Shown piece by piece: positions 31,601 to 40,578 of a stretch of 64,000 nt of DNA. Source of the stretch: a virus (Duplodnaviria > Caudoviricetes); the IMG/VR virus record IMGVR_UViG_2880074916_000002, positions 3,610 through 67,609 of that record; one strand, written 5' to 3'. The notes below the pieces were generated by a model, which worked only from the letters and a program-made list of their open reading frames with translations, did no database searches and was not told the DNA's origin. Within the stretch, counting starts at the first letter, position 1; the number at the start of each line of letters is the position of its first letter. The position numbers were made by a program, and so were the translations under genes.

Positions 31601-32270
31601 ATGATTCAAATCCATTCGGTCTAGGTGGAAATTGAACATTCGCAATACCAATATTGGTACCAAAAACACCATGAGGGAATATTGTTCGAGGTGAGACATG
31701 TAAAGAACCAAATCGAGTAAAGATTTCACCTGAAATCTTAATTTCCTGATTCGCTGTTGTGTTGATGACAGTCGGTTTTGAAACGACCGACTGATTAATT
31801 CCATAAAGCTCTACATATTTGACACCCCCCCATAGAAAAGGCTGTTCAAATAGAGTTGCGTAAAAACCTTTTAAAACAATAAACTGTTTTAAGTTATAAA
31901 TAACCTGTCGCCCAAAGCTATTATTGTTCGATCCAACAGGTCTTACATTTTGATTCTTATTTTTTACAACTACATTACTGCCAACACTTAAAGCATTAAA
32001 ACCAATAGATGTTATGAAACTTGATTTAACAACTTTAGGATAGCCGTAGAAAGAGGCAACGAAACTTTGCGGATAGATACTTGATTTTTCAGCAACAACT
32101 TTTATATCGCCAAAAAGTGTTGCATCTATTCCAATAGAGGTGACATATTGGGTTTTGCTTGAATCTTCACCAAAATTTAAGACAACATTATTTGATTCAG
32201 GTGGTGTGTAGCTTTCCCCTGAAAAATCTAATACAACATTGTTTGGTTCAGGTGGCGTATAACTTGACAC
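28656..32270 (-). CDS. Repeat-rich tail fibre/shaft-like protein, 1204 aa
   Basis: GTG start after GAGGTG; N-terminal 17-aa duplication; many GF.S..FG repeats. Confidence 0.7.
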   Translation of the reverse strand: MSSYTPPEPNNVVLDFSGESYTPPESNNVVLNFGEDSSKTQYVTSIGIDATLFGDIKVVAEKSSIYPQSFVASFYGYPKVVKSSFITSIGFNALSVGSNVVVKNKNQNVRPVGSNNNSFGRQVIYNLKQFIVLKGFYATLFEQPFLWGGVKYVELYGINQSVVSKPTVINTTANQEIKISGEIFTRFGSLHVSPRTIFPHGVFGTNIGIANVQFPPRPNGFESSTYGTPWVSRSPRLYNALGFESFISGYGKVFDPTQKIGVTGVNTVIAGGVFGDIRVRNARRFINSIGFNAYEAGNWSNVLSNRREVVLSGSKHTLFGEGGVRNKTPSFTPLSVDHMLFGQQHIAYAIRKLAVSGFSLNLFGRAVLTKTPSFAPVGIQSPLIPSPIIGDAVRHLYQESSASFKSGQPTIWFRYRSLKFDGFESLLLDSPKLEHRNRTLNINGFDASAYSSYAWVSYKLRRIEVLSIQKANYASNHQVGRHQKVWPDGFDASKFGLRIIPESKSIYQINAQPETLFGADKVELSKRLLKPVSFGAMVGLSGDAVGRLVVWNKRQYIQQYFIADSELVPPKQDGWLLVENKNRKMHTSGNTHTRYGYTQIDNKAKQIITKGIVPLEQSKGMISERIRKIKLESIDPPLFSKWSVVWINASVIKPIGDNHSIFGQSKIVNTRRYYPYVGAFDSSQFGVGMVALKIRHVSFEHRYTIAPIYLPLPKVELHTNYIDPLDVDMSSYGVPELVIHRNIITPRWTHRDIFGLEAKIWNLTPELKQSGRDSSEFGVAKVRLQWERYSLDGYVASVFGKTDIAFRDRSFSVTGFTQYGSGRHVVTKTGAPPYSKQYIYLNGQLNSYDEFDPEKGNGIKPPNPQVSNPSLKTNVVFPESFVGTVFGRLSAQSNGILVRPGLQELTVSEPTVSLSKRTISPESIKSTTVVGKPRLSPWTIYAVVEAPKQAKDNYESRDLHYVQSFEAFGNTLIQNKHRKINIVDYYDVRYMTRMGSPNILLRKQYVQPRGFLAQRHGVHVFGPYDLELKVFESSFTELWGRPSVKFPFDGNTDQFIRPYGVNSSAINKPVIDYRNRLVRPVAFDAQALGYSRRPDTPYMWQSLRVGELVLGQYGGFDVSRFGQTSISLRVRELQVKGFDSYDDSFEMGGFSQKLIVKLAPKPTIPIQLKAVGFVSTSFGVPNIKPAAHYIRPDGNADQFRKGAF

Positions 32271-32299
32271 ACGGACACCTCACTACAGTAATAATGCAA

Positions 32300-32569
32300 T
32301 CATTTGGGCACAACATTATCTTGAATGACTGCATTGAATTGTCTATTTAAGTCTATAGAAACAATCGTATAAGCAATATCAAGTGGTAAGTAAAATTTAT
32401 AATCCCCACTTTTATTACTATAAGTTGAACCTAACAAAGCCCCGTTTGATCTGCCATATACACGAACTTGTCTTGAAACAGGGGTTCCTCTCTCTATGGT
32501 TCTGCCAGCAACAACTGTTTGTTTTGACTGTGTTGTGATCAATAAACTTATCTTGCAATCAAGCATCAC
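32300..32569 (-). CDS. Small tail-fibre-associated protein (carboxypeptidase-regulatory-like fold)
   Basis: GTPVSRQVRVY...STYSNKSGDYKF pattern, coupled to the fibre gene. Confidence 0.55.
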   Translation of the reverse strand: MMLDCKISLLITTQSKQTVVAGRTIERGTPVSRQVRVYGRSNGALLGSTYSNKSGDYKFYLPLDIAYTIVSIDLNRQFNAVIQDNVVPK

Positions 32570-33819
32570 AATGACTCCAGAAGAACCGTATACTTAACAA
32601 ATTTTCGTGCTTCGCCAGCAGTATATTTATTCACATATTTCCCCACACCTGTGGAATATGAGATTTCAGTTTTTTGATTTGCTGAGATACGCAAAAAAGG
32701 CAAAACCCCTCTCGGTGAATTATTTACATCTAAAATAGGCAATGTAGAAATGAAATCAAAATTAACAAGTGCAAATTGCTGTGACTCATCTAAAGTTCCG
32801 AATGTGAAATTTCTACCTGCTCGACTCCATTTGGCTACTCCATTCTCATCAAACCAAATCAATGCATTTAATTTTAATCCCGCTCCCGAAACCGATTCAG
32901 AACCAGCTTCGTTACACAAATGATAGCTACCTCGCGCCCAAGAATAAAAGTATTGATAAGCTTGAGGCACCTTTAACTGGGAACCTGATGCCAAAAGAGC
33001 TAAATTAACACTTTTTAATTTTTGATCATAAAACTCACAAAATCCATAAACTGCATGTGCACCGAAACTTGAATGCATAGTATCGAGAACAATACTTTTG
33101 CCGTCACCAACAATATTGTACGTTGAGTTTCCCGCTAGAGCGCTCGTAGAATCAGGACTAGAACCTCCGTTACCGTTGTTGTAAGTTCTGTAATACCACT
33201 TTGTCCAACCATGATATGTGCCATCCCACCCCCAATTAGCATTTGAGTTTTGAGCATCAAATGGCATTTGCACACCAGTGATATTATCAATATCACTCAT
33301 AGCTGAAACTACACCAACTTTTGCGAACTTAGTACCGTTTACCGCAGCACCGCTTACACAAAAGTCATGTACAAGCAATATCAAACCCAATGATTCAGGA
33401 TTTGTTGATCTGTATGCTCGCTTTGGTTGTGTACTGTCACTCGGTGTATCGAACACAATCTCAAAATCAAGTGGTGCAGTAGAGCATCTTGCGGTTCCAG
33501 CAACCGTCTGGGGATGTGATGCTAAGCACTCAATAAAAACACTATCAGTATTTGCAGACAGTACCTTGAAATCTCCATTCCATCCGTTTGTCGCACCATC
33601 AATTCTTACAACTTGACGATCAATAAAGCCGTGTCCTGCGCCAAGGTTAATCGTTGCTGTAATTGCATCCGGTGTTGATTTCGTAATAGATAAAATTGAT
33701 ACAAAGTTAAAACCCTCCACCAAAATCTTATCTAAAAGAGTGATCATGCTTCCCCAGGTATTGGTAAGCTGTGGAATCCCCTTCATGCTATTTTGATAAT
33801 GTTTAACTAAATTCGACAT
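32566..33819 (-). CDS. Putative tail fibre/receptor-binding protein
   Basis: N-terminus GIPQLTNTWGSMITLLDKILVEGF typical of phage fibres; aromatic-rich C-terminus. Confidence 0.6.
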   Translation of the reverse strand: MSNLVKHYQNSMKGIPQLTNTWGSMITLLDKILVEGFNFVSILSITKSTPDAITATINLGAGHGFIDRQVVRIDGATNGWNGDFKVLSANTDSVFIECLASHPQTVAGTARCSTAPLDFEIVFDTPSDSTQPKRAYRSTNPESLGLILLVHDFCVSGAAVNGTKFAKVGVVSAMSDIDNITGVQMPFDAQNSNANWGWDGTYHGWTKWYYRTYNNGNGGSSPDSTSALAGNSTYNIVGDGKSIVLDTMHSSFGAHAVYGFCEFYDQKLKSVNLALLASGSQLKVPQAYQYFYSWARGSYHLCNEAGSESVSGAGLKLNALIWFDENGVAKWSRAGRNFTFGTLDESQQFALVNFDFISTLPILDVNNSPRGVLPFLRISANQKTEISYSTGVGKYVNKYTAGEARKFVKYTVLLESL

Positions 33820-33820
33820 T

Positions 33821-34126
33821 TTAAGTACCTACCAAAAGGTTACCGTATAAATCTTCATTCCCCCAGTAACCTTTCGATCTATGCCACTCTTCATATTGCT
33901 CAAAGAAGTCTTTGGGTGATTCATAACAGCGATCTTGTACATAACCAATGATCCATTCCATAACATTGCTTACAGACATTCTGGATTGCTCGATGACAAA
34001 CATCTGAAATTTTGGTAAATGGATTAGTTTTTGCCAGTCAATGATTGGTTCATCATTTGCGTATAAGTCAGCTTTAAATCCATCAACACCTACTGATTGC
34101 GTAGGTGGTTTGGGGTTATTTTCCAT
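33821..34126 (-). CDS. Hypothetical phage protein
   Basis: 101 aa, tight operon spacing. Confidence 0.6.
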   Translation of the reverse strand: MENNPKPPTQSVGVDGFKADLYANDEPIIDWQKLIHLPKFQMFVIEQSRMSVSNVMEWIIGYVQDRCYESPKDFFEQYEEWHRSKGYWGNEDLYGNLLVGT

Positions 34127-34141
34127 ATCCCACCCGTTTGA

Positions 34142-34549
34142 TTAAACTTTAAAGATTTTGTTAGTACCGTTGTCCCACGTCACGATGATGTCACCACCAT
34201 TGGGAGTAATTGGTAAGCCTGTTGCCGTGTCAATATAAGCAATGAGTGGTGATGTTGATTCAGTTCCTGTATCAGAATAAATAACAATCGCTTCGATGGA
34301 TGGACCTGTCACACTTGTAAACGTACAATCGGCTGCATCAGCTGCACCACCAGTAGTTGCCTTGCTAGTTAAGGTGACAGGGCCTGCAATACGTGCTGAT
34401 GTTGGAATATCAGATAAATATTGGTGTACCGATGTTTGCGGTGTATATGCACCTGTATCGACCAAAATGACTTTAATCGTGTCTGTCATCCAATTGATTT
34501 GCGCTTCTAAAAAACGCTGACGTGCAAAATCATAAAGTGTGTTTGCCAT
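34142..34549 (-). CDS. Conserved virion structural protein
   Basis: GGAG SD, start MANTLYD; ends LPITPNGGDIIVTWDNGTNKIFKV. Confidence 0.7.
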   Translation of the reverse strand: MANTLYDFARQRFLEAQINWMTDTIKVILVDTGAYTPQTSVHQYLSDIPTSARIAGPVTLTSKATTGGAADAADCTFTSVTGPSIEAIVIYSDTGTESTSPLIAYIDTATGLPITPNGGDIIVTWDNGTNKIFKV

Positions 34550-34727
34550 GAGTTTGTTTCTCCTGATTGAGATCAGAAGCACTCATGCGCAAATGTTCGA
34601 TATTGATTGAATTGTCAGCTGTTATTGTTAATCGAGCTACTTTGCCCGATTTATTCTCAAGCTGTATGATTGATTCACCTACTCTTAAGGTTTCACCTAC
34701 TTTTAAATCTACGTTCAGTTTGCCCAT
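34530..34727 (-). CDS. CsrA/RsmA-fold small protein (divergent)
   Basis: KVGETLRVG...GKVARLTITA aligns by eye with CsrA RVGETLMIG...GNQVRIGVNA. Confidence 0.55.
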   Translation of the reverse strand: MGKLNVDLKVGETLRVGESIIQLENKSGKVARLTITADNSINIEHLRMSASDLNQEKQTHGKHTL

Positions 34728-34788
34728 CTTTGTGCATGCTTAAATAAATTGAATAAAGTTATTATGATAAAAACCCCTGAAAAGAATG

Positions 34789-34801
34789 AGCCTTACAGGG
34801 G
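34789..34801 (-). promoter_or_regulatory. Recurring late motif, copy before the CsrA-like gene
   Basis: Plus strand AGCCTTACAGGGG; CATAAT 22 nt downstream on minus. Confidence 0.6.
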
Positions 34802-34821
34802 TTGAATAAAGTTGATCGAGA

Positions 34822-35496
34822 TTAAGGCATAAACGGCTGTACTACATGTGGTACATCTTCACGCGTAATTCGACGGATATCACTATCAGGTCTGTCACCA
34901 AAGTAGTTTGTGAATTCATGTTCAGCCATAGCCGAACGATCTGCATCAAAGAATTCTGCATCAGGCACACTAAATGCCTTATGCAATGCCCATTGAATTA
35001 AATGCACATGATGAATTTGGTTAATTTCAGGTACATCACTATCCAATTCCATTGGTTTTAAAGGCACTCGATAACCTTCCAACTGTAATTCACCATCTAC
35101 ATCAGGAATTGGAACAAGGCGAATACCAGTATCCTCTTGAATAGCTAAACATGGACAACCTGAATATTCTGTCCAGTTTTCACGACCATGCATATGATCA
35201 AGTGTTTCTACCGATGTTAATGAAATTGAATCTCCTTTTGTTCCATCACTAGGTTGAAACCACACTCGACTCAATTCATATAATGAATCATGCAATTGAT
35301 AGCGCGATGAGCCCATCAATACATCGATCTTACAAACCACATCATTTTCACTTTCATGCAACAAACGACCACGGATGCAAGCTTCATTAACAGCATCATT
35401 AAGCCAATCAATAACACTTTCATCCTCATTGAAATAAGGCTCTACCTTATCATTCGCTAAAACACGAAATCGCTGTATCAATTGGCTCAGTTGCAT
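34822..35496 (-). CDS. Putative head-tail adaptor protein
   Basis: 224 aa; position after capsid genes; WLNDAVNEAC and HVHLIQWALHKAF patterns. Confidence 0.6.
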   Translation of the reverse strand: MQLSQLIQRFRVLANDKVEPYFNEDESVIDWLNDAVNEACIRGRLLHESENDVVCKIDVLMGSSRYQLHDSLYELSRVWFQPSDGTKGDSISLTSVETLDHMHGRENWTEYSGCPCLAIQEDTGIRLVPIPDVDGELQLEGYRVPLKPMELDSDVPEINQIHHVHLIQWALHKAFSVPDAEFFDADRSAMAEHEFTNYFGDRPDSDIRRITREDVPHVVQPFMP

Positions 35497-36380
35497 TACA
35501 CCACTCCAAAGCGTTTGATTAAATCAACAACCTGATTTTGTAATGTATTGACGCTGCTACGACCATCCAAATCCTGATCGTATTTATTTTTAGCGTATTC
35601 AATCAGGCTTTTTTTATCAGAGATGCGACCGATCGTATCAATCTCATCCAAGACAATCGTTTCCTGTTCATTTTCTTTGTCTTGTTGTTTCTTGGATTCA
35701 TCCAAAATCAGTGCAGTATCATCTGCTTGCTGATCTTGCGTATCATCAGAAGCAATGACAGCCTGTTCAAAACGCTTAAATTCAGGATGTTTCAACAAAC
35801 TGCCAGCAATATGACTTGGTACATTACGAACCTGACCACGAGCAAAGGTCAGGTTTGAACCATACAAGCGGTCAATATACTGATCCTTACGACCGACATA
35901 TTGAATCGCAATTCCACTTGCACCCAATGAAGTTTTTGGCTGTGTTGTCGTTAGTTGAGGAATAACTGCAGTATTTTGAACTTTTTCACGTAGATTCTTA
36001 ACTTCATCTACCAAAGCCAAGTATTCACCAACATCGGGAAGATCTTTCATTAAATGCACAGTTACACGAAACAAATAATCTTTGGCCTTCTGCTCTAGTG
36101 GCAATTCGTCATAAGGCAAAAAACAAGGATGTTCTTTCTTTTCAACATCTTTGATTTCACCATACGTCCAACCTTCTGCTTGTTTTTGTGCATACCATGA
36201 TTCATGTGATTGCTCAGGTGTAGCATTAGGGTTTGCCAAGTGCATTTCCACACCAGCAATTACACTTTGTTGTTGCCATTCAGGTGCATCATCCCATGTA
36301 ACTTGACTATCATCACCCAAAGACTGGCAATATGCTGCGTTAATTGAGTGGCATAACATGGCGATAGCGACAGTTTTCAT
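35496..36380 (-). CDS. RyR-domain protein fused to a virion-type/HeH-like C-terminus
   Basis: HESW...GWTYG..KD.EKKEHPCFLPYDELP.EQKAKD is the RyR repeat signature. Confidence 0.75.
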   Translation of the reverse strand: MKTVAIAMLCHSINAAYCQSLGDDSQVTWDDAPEWQQQSVIAGVEMHLANPNATPEQSHESWYAQKQAEGWTYGEIKDVEKKEHPCFLPYDELPLEQKAKDYLFRVTVHLMKDLPDVGEYLALVDEVKNLREKVQNTAVIPQLTTTQPKTSLGASGIAIQYVGRKDQYIDRLYGSNLTFARGQVRNVPSHIAGSLLKHPEFKRFEQAVIASDDTQDQQADDTALILDESKKQQDKENEQETIVLDEIDTIGRISDKKSLIEYAKNKYDQDLDGRSSVNTLQNQVVDLIKRFGVV

Positions 36381-36406
36381 TTCAGTATCCTTTTTTCAAT
36401 TTCTTT

Positions 36407-36443
36407 AAAAAAGGCGATGCAAGCCCAAAACACTCACACCGCC
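36407..36443 (-). terminator. Terminator after the 158-aa gene
   Basis: Minus strand GGCGGTGTGAG...CTTGCATCGCC followed by U6. Confidence 0.55.
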
Positions 36444-36465
36444 AAAGGTTTAACTCAAACCAAAA

Positions 36466-36942
36466 TTAGCGTGGACCTTTAAGTTCGCCTGTCACAATGA
36501 ACTGAATTTCAGATGCTTTAGCATTTGCTGCACCTGCCACAGTTAAAATTAAACGTGCGGACTTCTGTAAAGTAATCAACTTTGAACCATTCGCACGGAC
36601 ACGCCCTGCTGTTGCCAGATCACCACCTTTCACAAAGTAAGATGCATCTTGTGGTACATCAGTTAAATCTACGCCATCAGTGTACTTAAACCCTAAGTCT
36701 CCTTTGATTGTTGCTGTCATACCGGTAGTTACAATGATCTGAGCATCTTCAAGACTCATACCTTCAGGTAGCTCACCCAAATCAATCACATCACCCACAG
36801 CAATGGGTGCAGTAGAATCCGAGTTAATTACTGCACCTGTTCCATTTGTTGCTAATAAATACGTCAAACTCGTCAAATTACCGAATGGGGATAAACCACC
36901 AAATTGACGGGTATGTGTATTTTTCTTTTTAATCGTTGCCAT
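36466..36942 (-). CDS. Putative capsid decoration/cement protein
   Basis: 158 aa, beta-rich, directly after the capsid gene. Confidence 0.5.
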   Translation of the reverse strand: MATIKKKNTHTRQFGGLSPFGNLTSLTYLLATNGTGAVINSDSTAPIAVGDVIDLGELPEGMSLEDAQIIVTTGMTATIKGDLGFKYTDGVDLTDVPQDASYFVKGGDLATAGRVRANGSKLITLQKSARLILTVAGAANAKASEIQFIVTGELKGPR

Positions 36943-37008
36943 AACTGCAAACTCCCATTTATTTATATTTGAGCAAATGCCCTCACAAATGAAGGCATTT
37001 ATTTACAC

Positions 37009-38298
37009 TTAGAGACCACGACCAAAGATCGGAACAGCTGTATCAACTACGGTGACACCATAGTCTGTGAATTCTTGACGTTCACCAGTGTTCACATCAA
37101 AGCGAATTTTCGAAACACCACGGATCGCTCCAATGAGAAGTTCCCACTTATCACCATGATCCAACTCTTTCTCAGACCAGAAGAATGGTGCACCTGAATG
37201 TTCAGAAGATGCCATAGCTTCTGCAATGGCTTGACCACCCAAAATAACGGAACGATCGACAGCAAACTTTTCACCGAAACTTGCAGGTACAATTGCACCT
37301 GATTCAACTTCTGAATTATACGAAGCACAATATTTAATGGTGTCACCAGCGTAGAAGCGAATTGGACGAGGCATTTTACGGATGATGAAGTTGTTCCAAA
37401 TCCCAACATCACCTGTAAATAGTGGATGCTGTTTTGCTTGGCTAGCACGTGCCCAAGCAGCAGATTGGAAAGTACGGAAGCCAGGTTGCGCTGCAAACTT
37501 GTTATATTGATCAGGTGATACCAACCAAACACGCAAAGGTGAATCATCAGCATTCGGATCGCCTTCAAACTTACAAATCGGTGGTGGTAATGCGATGGTA
37601 TCCAATACAGATTTCATTGAATCCACAGTATCCATGGTAAATAGATCGCTTGTTTCAATTTCAACTTCATCTGCGGTTTGCTTAAATAACTGCACACCTG
37701 AACCATCTACAATAAAGTGACGGTTCTTTGTTGGGGCTTTAACACGGTTGACCATGATTTCTTTAAAATCTTTATGATCATCAGTTGGAATTTTCCACTC
37801 AATATTGTTATGGAAACCACGTGCACCAGCCATATGTACCAAAAGTGATTGGTCACAATATCCATCCATCAAGCTTTGAGCGACTGGACGGCCAAGTTTA
37901 CGCAAATCCGCAGGACTACGAATTTGTGACATCACATTACCCAAGTCCACTGGGAAACGTGCTTGGTTCACACGTAAACGGTCTTCATTCAAAGACATGC
38001 CAGTACCACGACCTTCTGCATGAGCAGAACCCATGATCGGATATGCACCTACTGGATTAAGTAAATGGAATGTGACTTCATCACCACGTCCCTTGCCTAA
38101 ATCCTGTACACGTACAATTGGCATATGTTGAGTAGTTTGTTTACGTAAAGTTGCTTCAGCACCCGCTTCACCTTTGGGCATTTTCCCTGCCAGTAAGTTC
38201 AGCGTACTGTTGCGTTGCATGTGAGTAGCGAACAAGCCAACGGCCTGAGTCACCATATTTGTTTTTTCACCATAAGCGGTATTGGTTTTATTCGTCAT
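37009..38298 (-). CDS. Major capsid protein (N4 gp56/DUF4043-like)
   Basis: DLGKGRGDEVTFHL...GSAHAEGRGTGM motif; start MTNKT after GGAG. Confidence 0.85.
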   Translation of the reverse strand: MTNKTNTAYGEKTNMVTQAVGLFATHMQRNSTLNLLAGKMPKGEAGAEATLRKQTTQHMPIVRVQDLGKGRGDEVTFHLLNPVGAYPIMGSAHAEGRGTGMSLNEDRLRVNQARFPVDLGNVMSQIRSPADLRKLGRPVAQSLMDGYCDQSLLVHMAGARGFHNNIEWKIPTDDHKDFKEIMVNRVKAPTKNRHFIVDGSGVQLFKQTADEVEIETSDLFTMDTVDSMKSVLDTIALPPPICKFEGDPNADDSPLRVWLVSPDQYNKFAAQPGFRTFQSAAWARASQAKQHPLFTGDVGIWNNFIIRKMPRPIRFYAGDTIKYCASYNSEVESGAIVPASFGEKFAVDRSVILGGQAIAEAMASSEHSGAPFFWSEKELDHGDKWELLIGAIRGVSKIRFDVNTGERQEFTDYGVTVVDTAVPIFGRGL

Positions 38299-38319
38299 GT
38301 TGACTCTCCACAATTTAAA

Positions 38320-39330
38320 TTACACACGACGATTCAGATATTGCTCACGCTGTTCTTCTGTCCAATCTGACATTTCTTCGATCATTTGCGCAGGTGTCAT
38401 ATTGGCAATGCGTTCATCTCGAGAAACACCAGCTGGAGAACCTGCGGGCAAATCTGAAAGGCTATGTGGTACTTGTGTTTGAGCGTTTTTTACAGCTTCT
38501 TGCGCTGCTGCTTTTACCTTGTCAGGCTCTACAGCTTGTTCAGTTGATTGATTGGCAGATTTATACAATCCTAATAATTCAACTACTTGCGAAGCTGAAC
38601 CACCATTTAAGACTGTTTCGTAAGCACCTTTGGTAATGCTCGGCTGTGCATTCATCCAGTCATTGAACTCTTTCGATTCAACGACAGACTCAGCATCAGG
38701 ATGAGCTGTAAAGATTTCGGTAAAGTGTGCTTGTTCAGCACTGATTGCTTGTTGCTGTTGAAATGGTGCCAAAGCGTCTTTTACACGCTGATCTACCATT
38801 GCAGAAACACGCATATCGACAACTTTTTGAATACCTGCAGCTAAATCTTTCTCGCTAAAATCACCAAAGACCGCAGGATCAACTCCCTGTTCAATGGCTT
38901 GTTGAGCGATTGCTACCTGATTATCTTGTGTTGTAGATGCTTGACCGTTATCAATACGTTGTTGGGCATTAGCTTGAAGTTGTGCCAGTTGTGACTGTGA
39001 ATCTTCAAACTTTTGCTTCCATTCCTGTTCACCTCTGCGTGCATCTGCAAGACGTTCATATGGAATTGTGTGCTTACCATCTTTTGCCATCAGCACTGCA
39101 TTTTCAGCATTCATCTGACTTTCATCAGGTTGTTGCTGTGTTTGTGCTTCAGCTTTCGGTGTATCTGCTTGTTCCTGTTCTTGGGTAGTTACTGGCTGAC
39201 TACCTTCTTCCGCAGGTTTAGGTGCGGTATCGCCATGTAGCTCTTGATCTATCAATTGAGCTGCAAGTTCAGGTGTAAGTTTTCCACCATTTTCATCAAT
39301 CAACTGTTGTTGATGCTCTGTAATTTCCAT
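38320..39330 (-). CDS. Putative scaffolding protein
   Basis: Acidic Q/E-rich coiled coil; KHTIPYERL motif; directly upstream of capsid. Confidence 0.7.
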   Translation of the reverse strand: MEITEHQQQLIDENGGKLTPELAAQLIDQELHGDTAPKPAEEGSQPVTTQEQEQADTPKAEAQTQQQPDESQMNAENAVLMAKDGKHTIPYERLADARRGEQEWKQKFEDSQSQLAQLQANAQQRIDNGQASTTQDNQVAIAQQAIEQGVDPAVFGDFSEKDLAAGIQKVVDMRVSAMVDQRVKDALAPFQQQQAISAEQAHFTEIFTAHPDAESVVESKEFNDWMNAQPSITKGAYETVLNGGSASQVVELLGLYKSANQSTEQAVEPDKVKAAAQEAVKNAQTQVPHSLSDLPAGSPAGVSRDERIANMTPAQMIEEMSDWTEEQREQYLNRRV

Positions 39331-39447
39331 GTCTTTCCTATCACTTATCGCTGTGACCGCTATTAGGCGAATGGCTAGAGTTACTAGCGTTTAGCTGTCG
39401 ATTGCTCAACATAAGGAAAGTTTCAAGGATTTGGATATAATGGCGTT

Positions 39448-39462
39448 AGCCTTACAGGGGGG
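39448..39462 (-). promoter_or_regulatory. Recurring late motif, copy before the scaffold gene
   Basis: Plus strand AGCCTTACAGGGGGG. Confidence 0.6.
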
Positions 39463-39466
39463 AAAT

Positions 39467-39491
39467 AAAAAACCACCCGAAGGTGGTTTTT
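39467..39491. terminator. Bidirectional terminator
   Basis: AAAAAACCACC-CGAA-GGTGGTTTTT. Confidence 0.8.
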
Positions 39492-39513
39492 ATATTATTC
39501 AAATTAAATTTGA

Positions 39514-39801
39514 TTATTTCTCAACCAACTTAAACTGTAAAAAAGTATATTCACGTTTAATCAGATTACCTTGCTGACCATTATCTAAGGTATATGCTGT
39601 AGTATCAAATTCAGCTCTTAAATAAGGATAGTCAAAGCCAATAGTTTCAACCACTTTATTCAGTTGCTCTGTTGTTAGTTCTAAAATAAAAACTGTTGGA
39701 CCACAATCACTAAAATCAAAACCAACATTCATCATGCTTTCAATCAAGCTTTCAAGTTTTTGAGCAACAATTCCAACACCATCAATTTCAGTTTGTTGCA
39801 T
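39514..39801 (-). CDS. Moron-like hypothetical protein
   Basis: 95 aa, AT-rich, between two terminators. Confidence 0.6.
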   Translation of the reverse strand: MQQTEIDGVGIVAQKLESLIESMMNVGFDFSDCGPTVFILELTTEQLNKVVETIGFDYPYLRAEFDTTAYTLDNGQQGNLIKREYTFLQFKLVEK

Positions 39802-39975
39802 TGATATAACTCCATTCGTTTAAAAGGTAAATTCTTTTCCATATTTTTATAATTGTACTGAACTTTAACTTTTCAACCCAATGTTGTGAAAAAAAACAAT
39901 TAATTTGATTACCTTATGCTTTCACATCAGTGGAATTTAACTGCAAGTGAACGATTTAAATTGGTTTAAATGAAT

Positions 39976-40005
39976 AAAAAGGACAGCAAAATGGCTGTCC
40001 TTTTT
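39976..40005. terminator. Bidirectional terminator
   Basis: AAAAAGGACAGC-AAAATG-GCTGTCCTTTTT. Confidence 0.8.
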
Positions 40006-40033
40006 ATAAATAATAATGAAAAATTTCTTTACT

Positions 40034-40546
40034 TTACACGGGGCGCTCCAAAACATTCCGTTTATTGCTTTTTTCTAAAACTTTTAATCGTAATTCTGGA
40101 TCTTGTTCTAGAGCATCTAAAAATTTATTGATACCATTATTTATACAATTATAAAATGATGCAACATCCACAATTTTTGTTGGTCTTGGGTATTTAACTT
40201 CCTGTGCAATTATTTCATTTTCTGTTAAGTCGGTATTTTGATAGAATGCTAATCTAAAATGCTTAGAATTATCGAAATGCTTATGTTCAGCAGTTCCCAT
40301 ATGTAAAAATGAACATCTTGTATTCCATAAGTCTACAGAAGTAAATCGCATATTAGAAAGATCACAATATGTATCTACCCATCTTTTAAAATCCTTACCA
40401 TCAGAATATTCTCCAGATGCTATTAACCAGCCTAATTGATCTAAATAAGTAAATAACAAGTATAGACTTTGTTCTTCAAGAAATGATTTATTCAGTGTTG
40501 TTATAGATAGGTTAAATGTTTCAATCATATTCATTAAACTTTTCAT
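40034..40546 (-). CDS. HEPN-like moron protein
   Basis: Helical 170 aa with DLWNTRCSFLH (R-x4-H); AGGGGG SD. Confidence 0.6.
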   Translation of the reverse strand: MKSLMNMIETFNLSITTLNKSFLEEQSLYLLFTYLDQLGWLIASGEYSDGKDFKRWVDTYCDLSNMRFTSVDLWNTRCSFLHMGTAEHKHFDNSKHFRLAFYQNTDLTENEIIAQEVKYPRPTKIVDVASFYNCINNGINKFLDALEQDPELRLKVLEKSNKRNVLERPV

Positions 40547-40578
40547 ATTCCCCCTAAACTTTATATAAAATAAATATA

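Noticed and set aside
28656-33819. Diversity-generating retroelement or invertase-based tail-fibre switching
   Set aside because: No reverse transcriptase, TR/VR pair, invertase or flanking inverted sites seen.
39331-39447. Structured leader of the scaffold gene as an autoregulatory RNA
   Set aside because: Only a 5-bp stem (GCTAG-TAACT-CTAGC) is visible; too weak to support.
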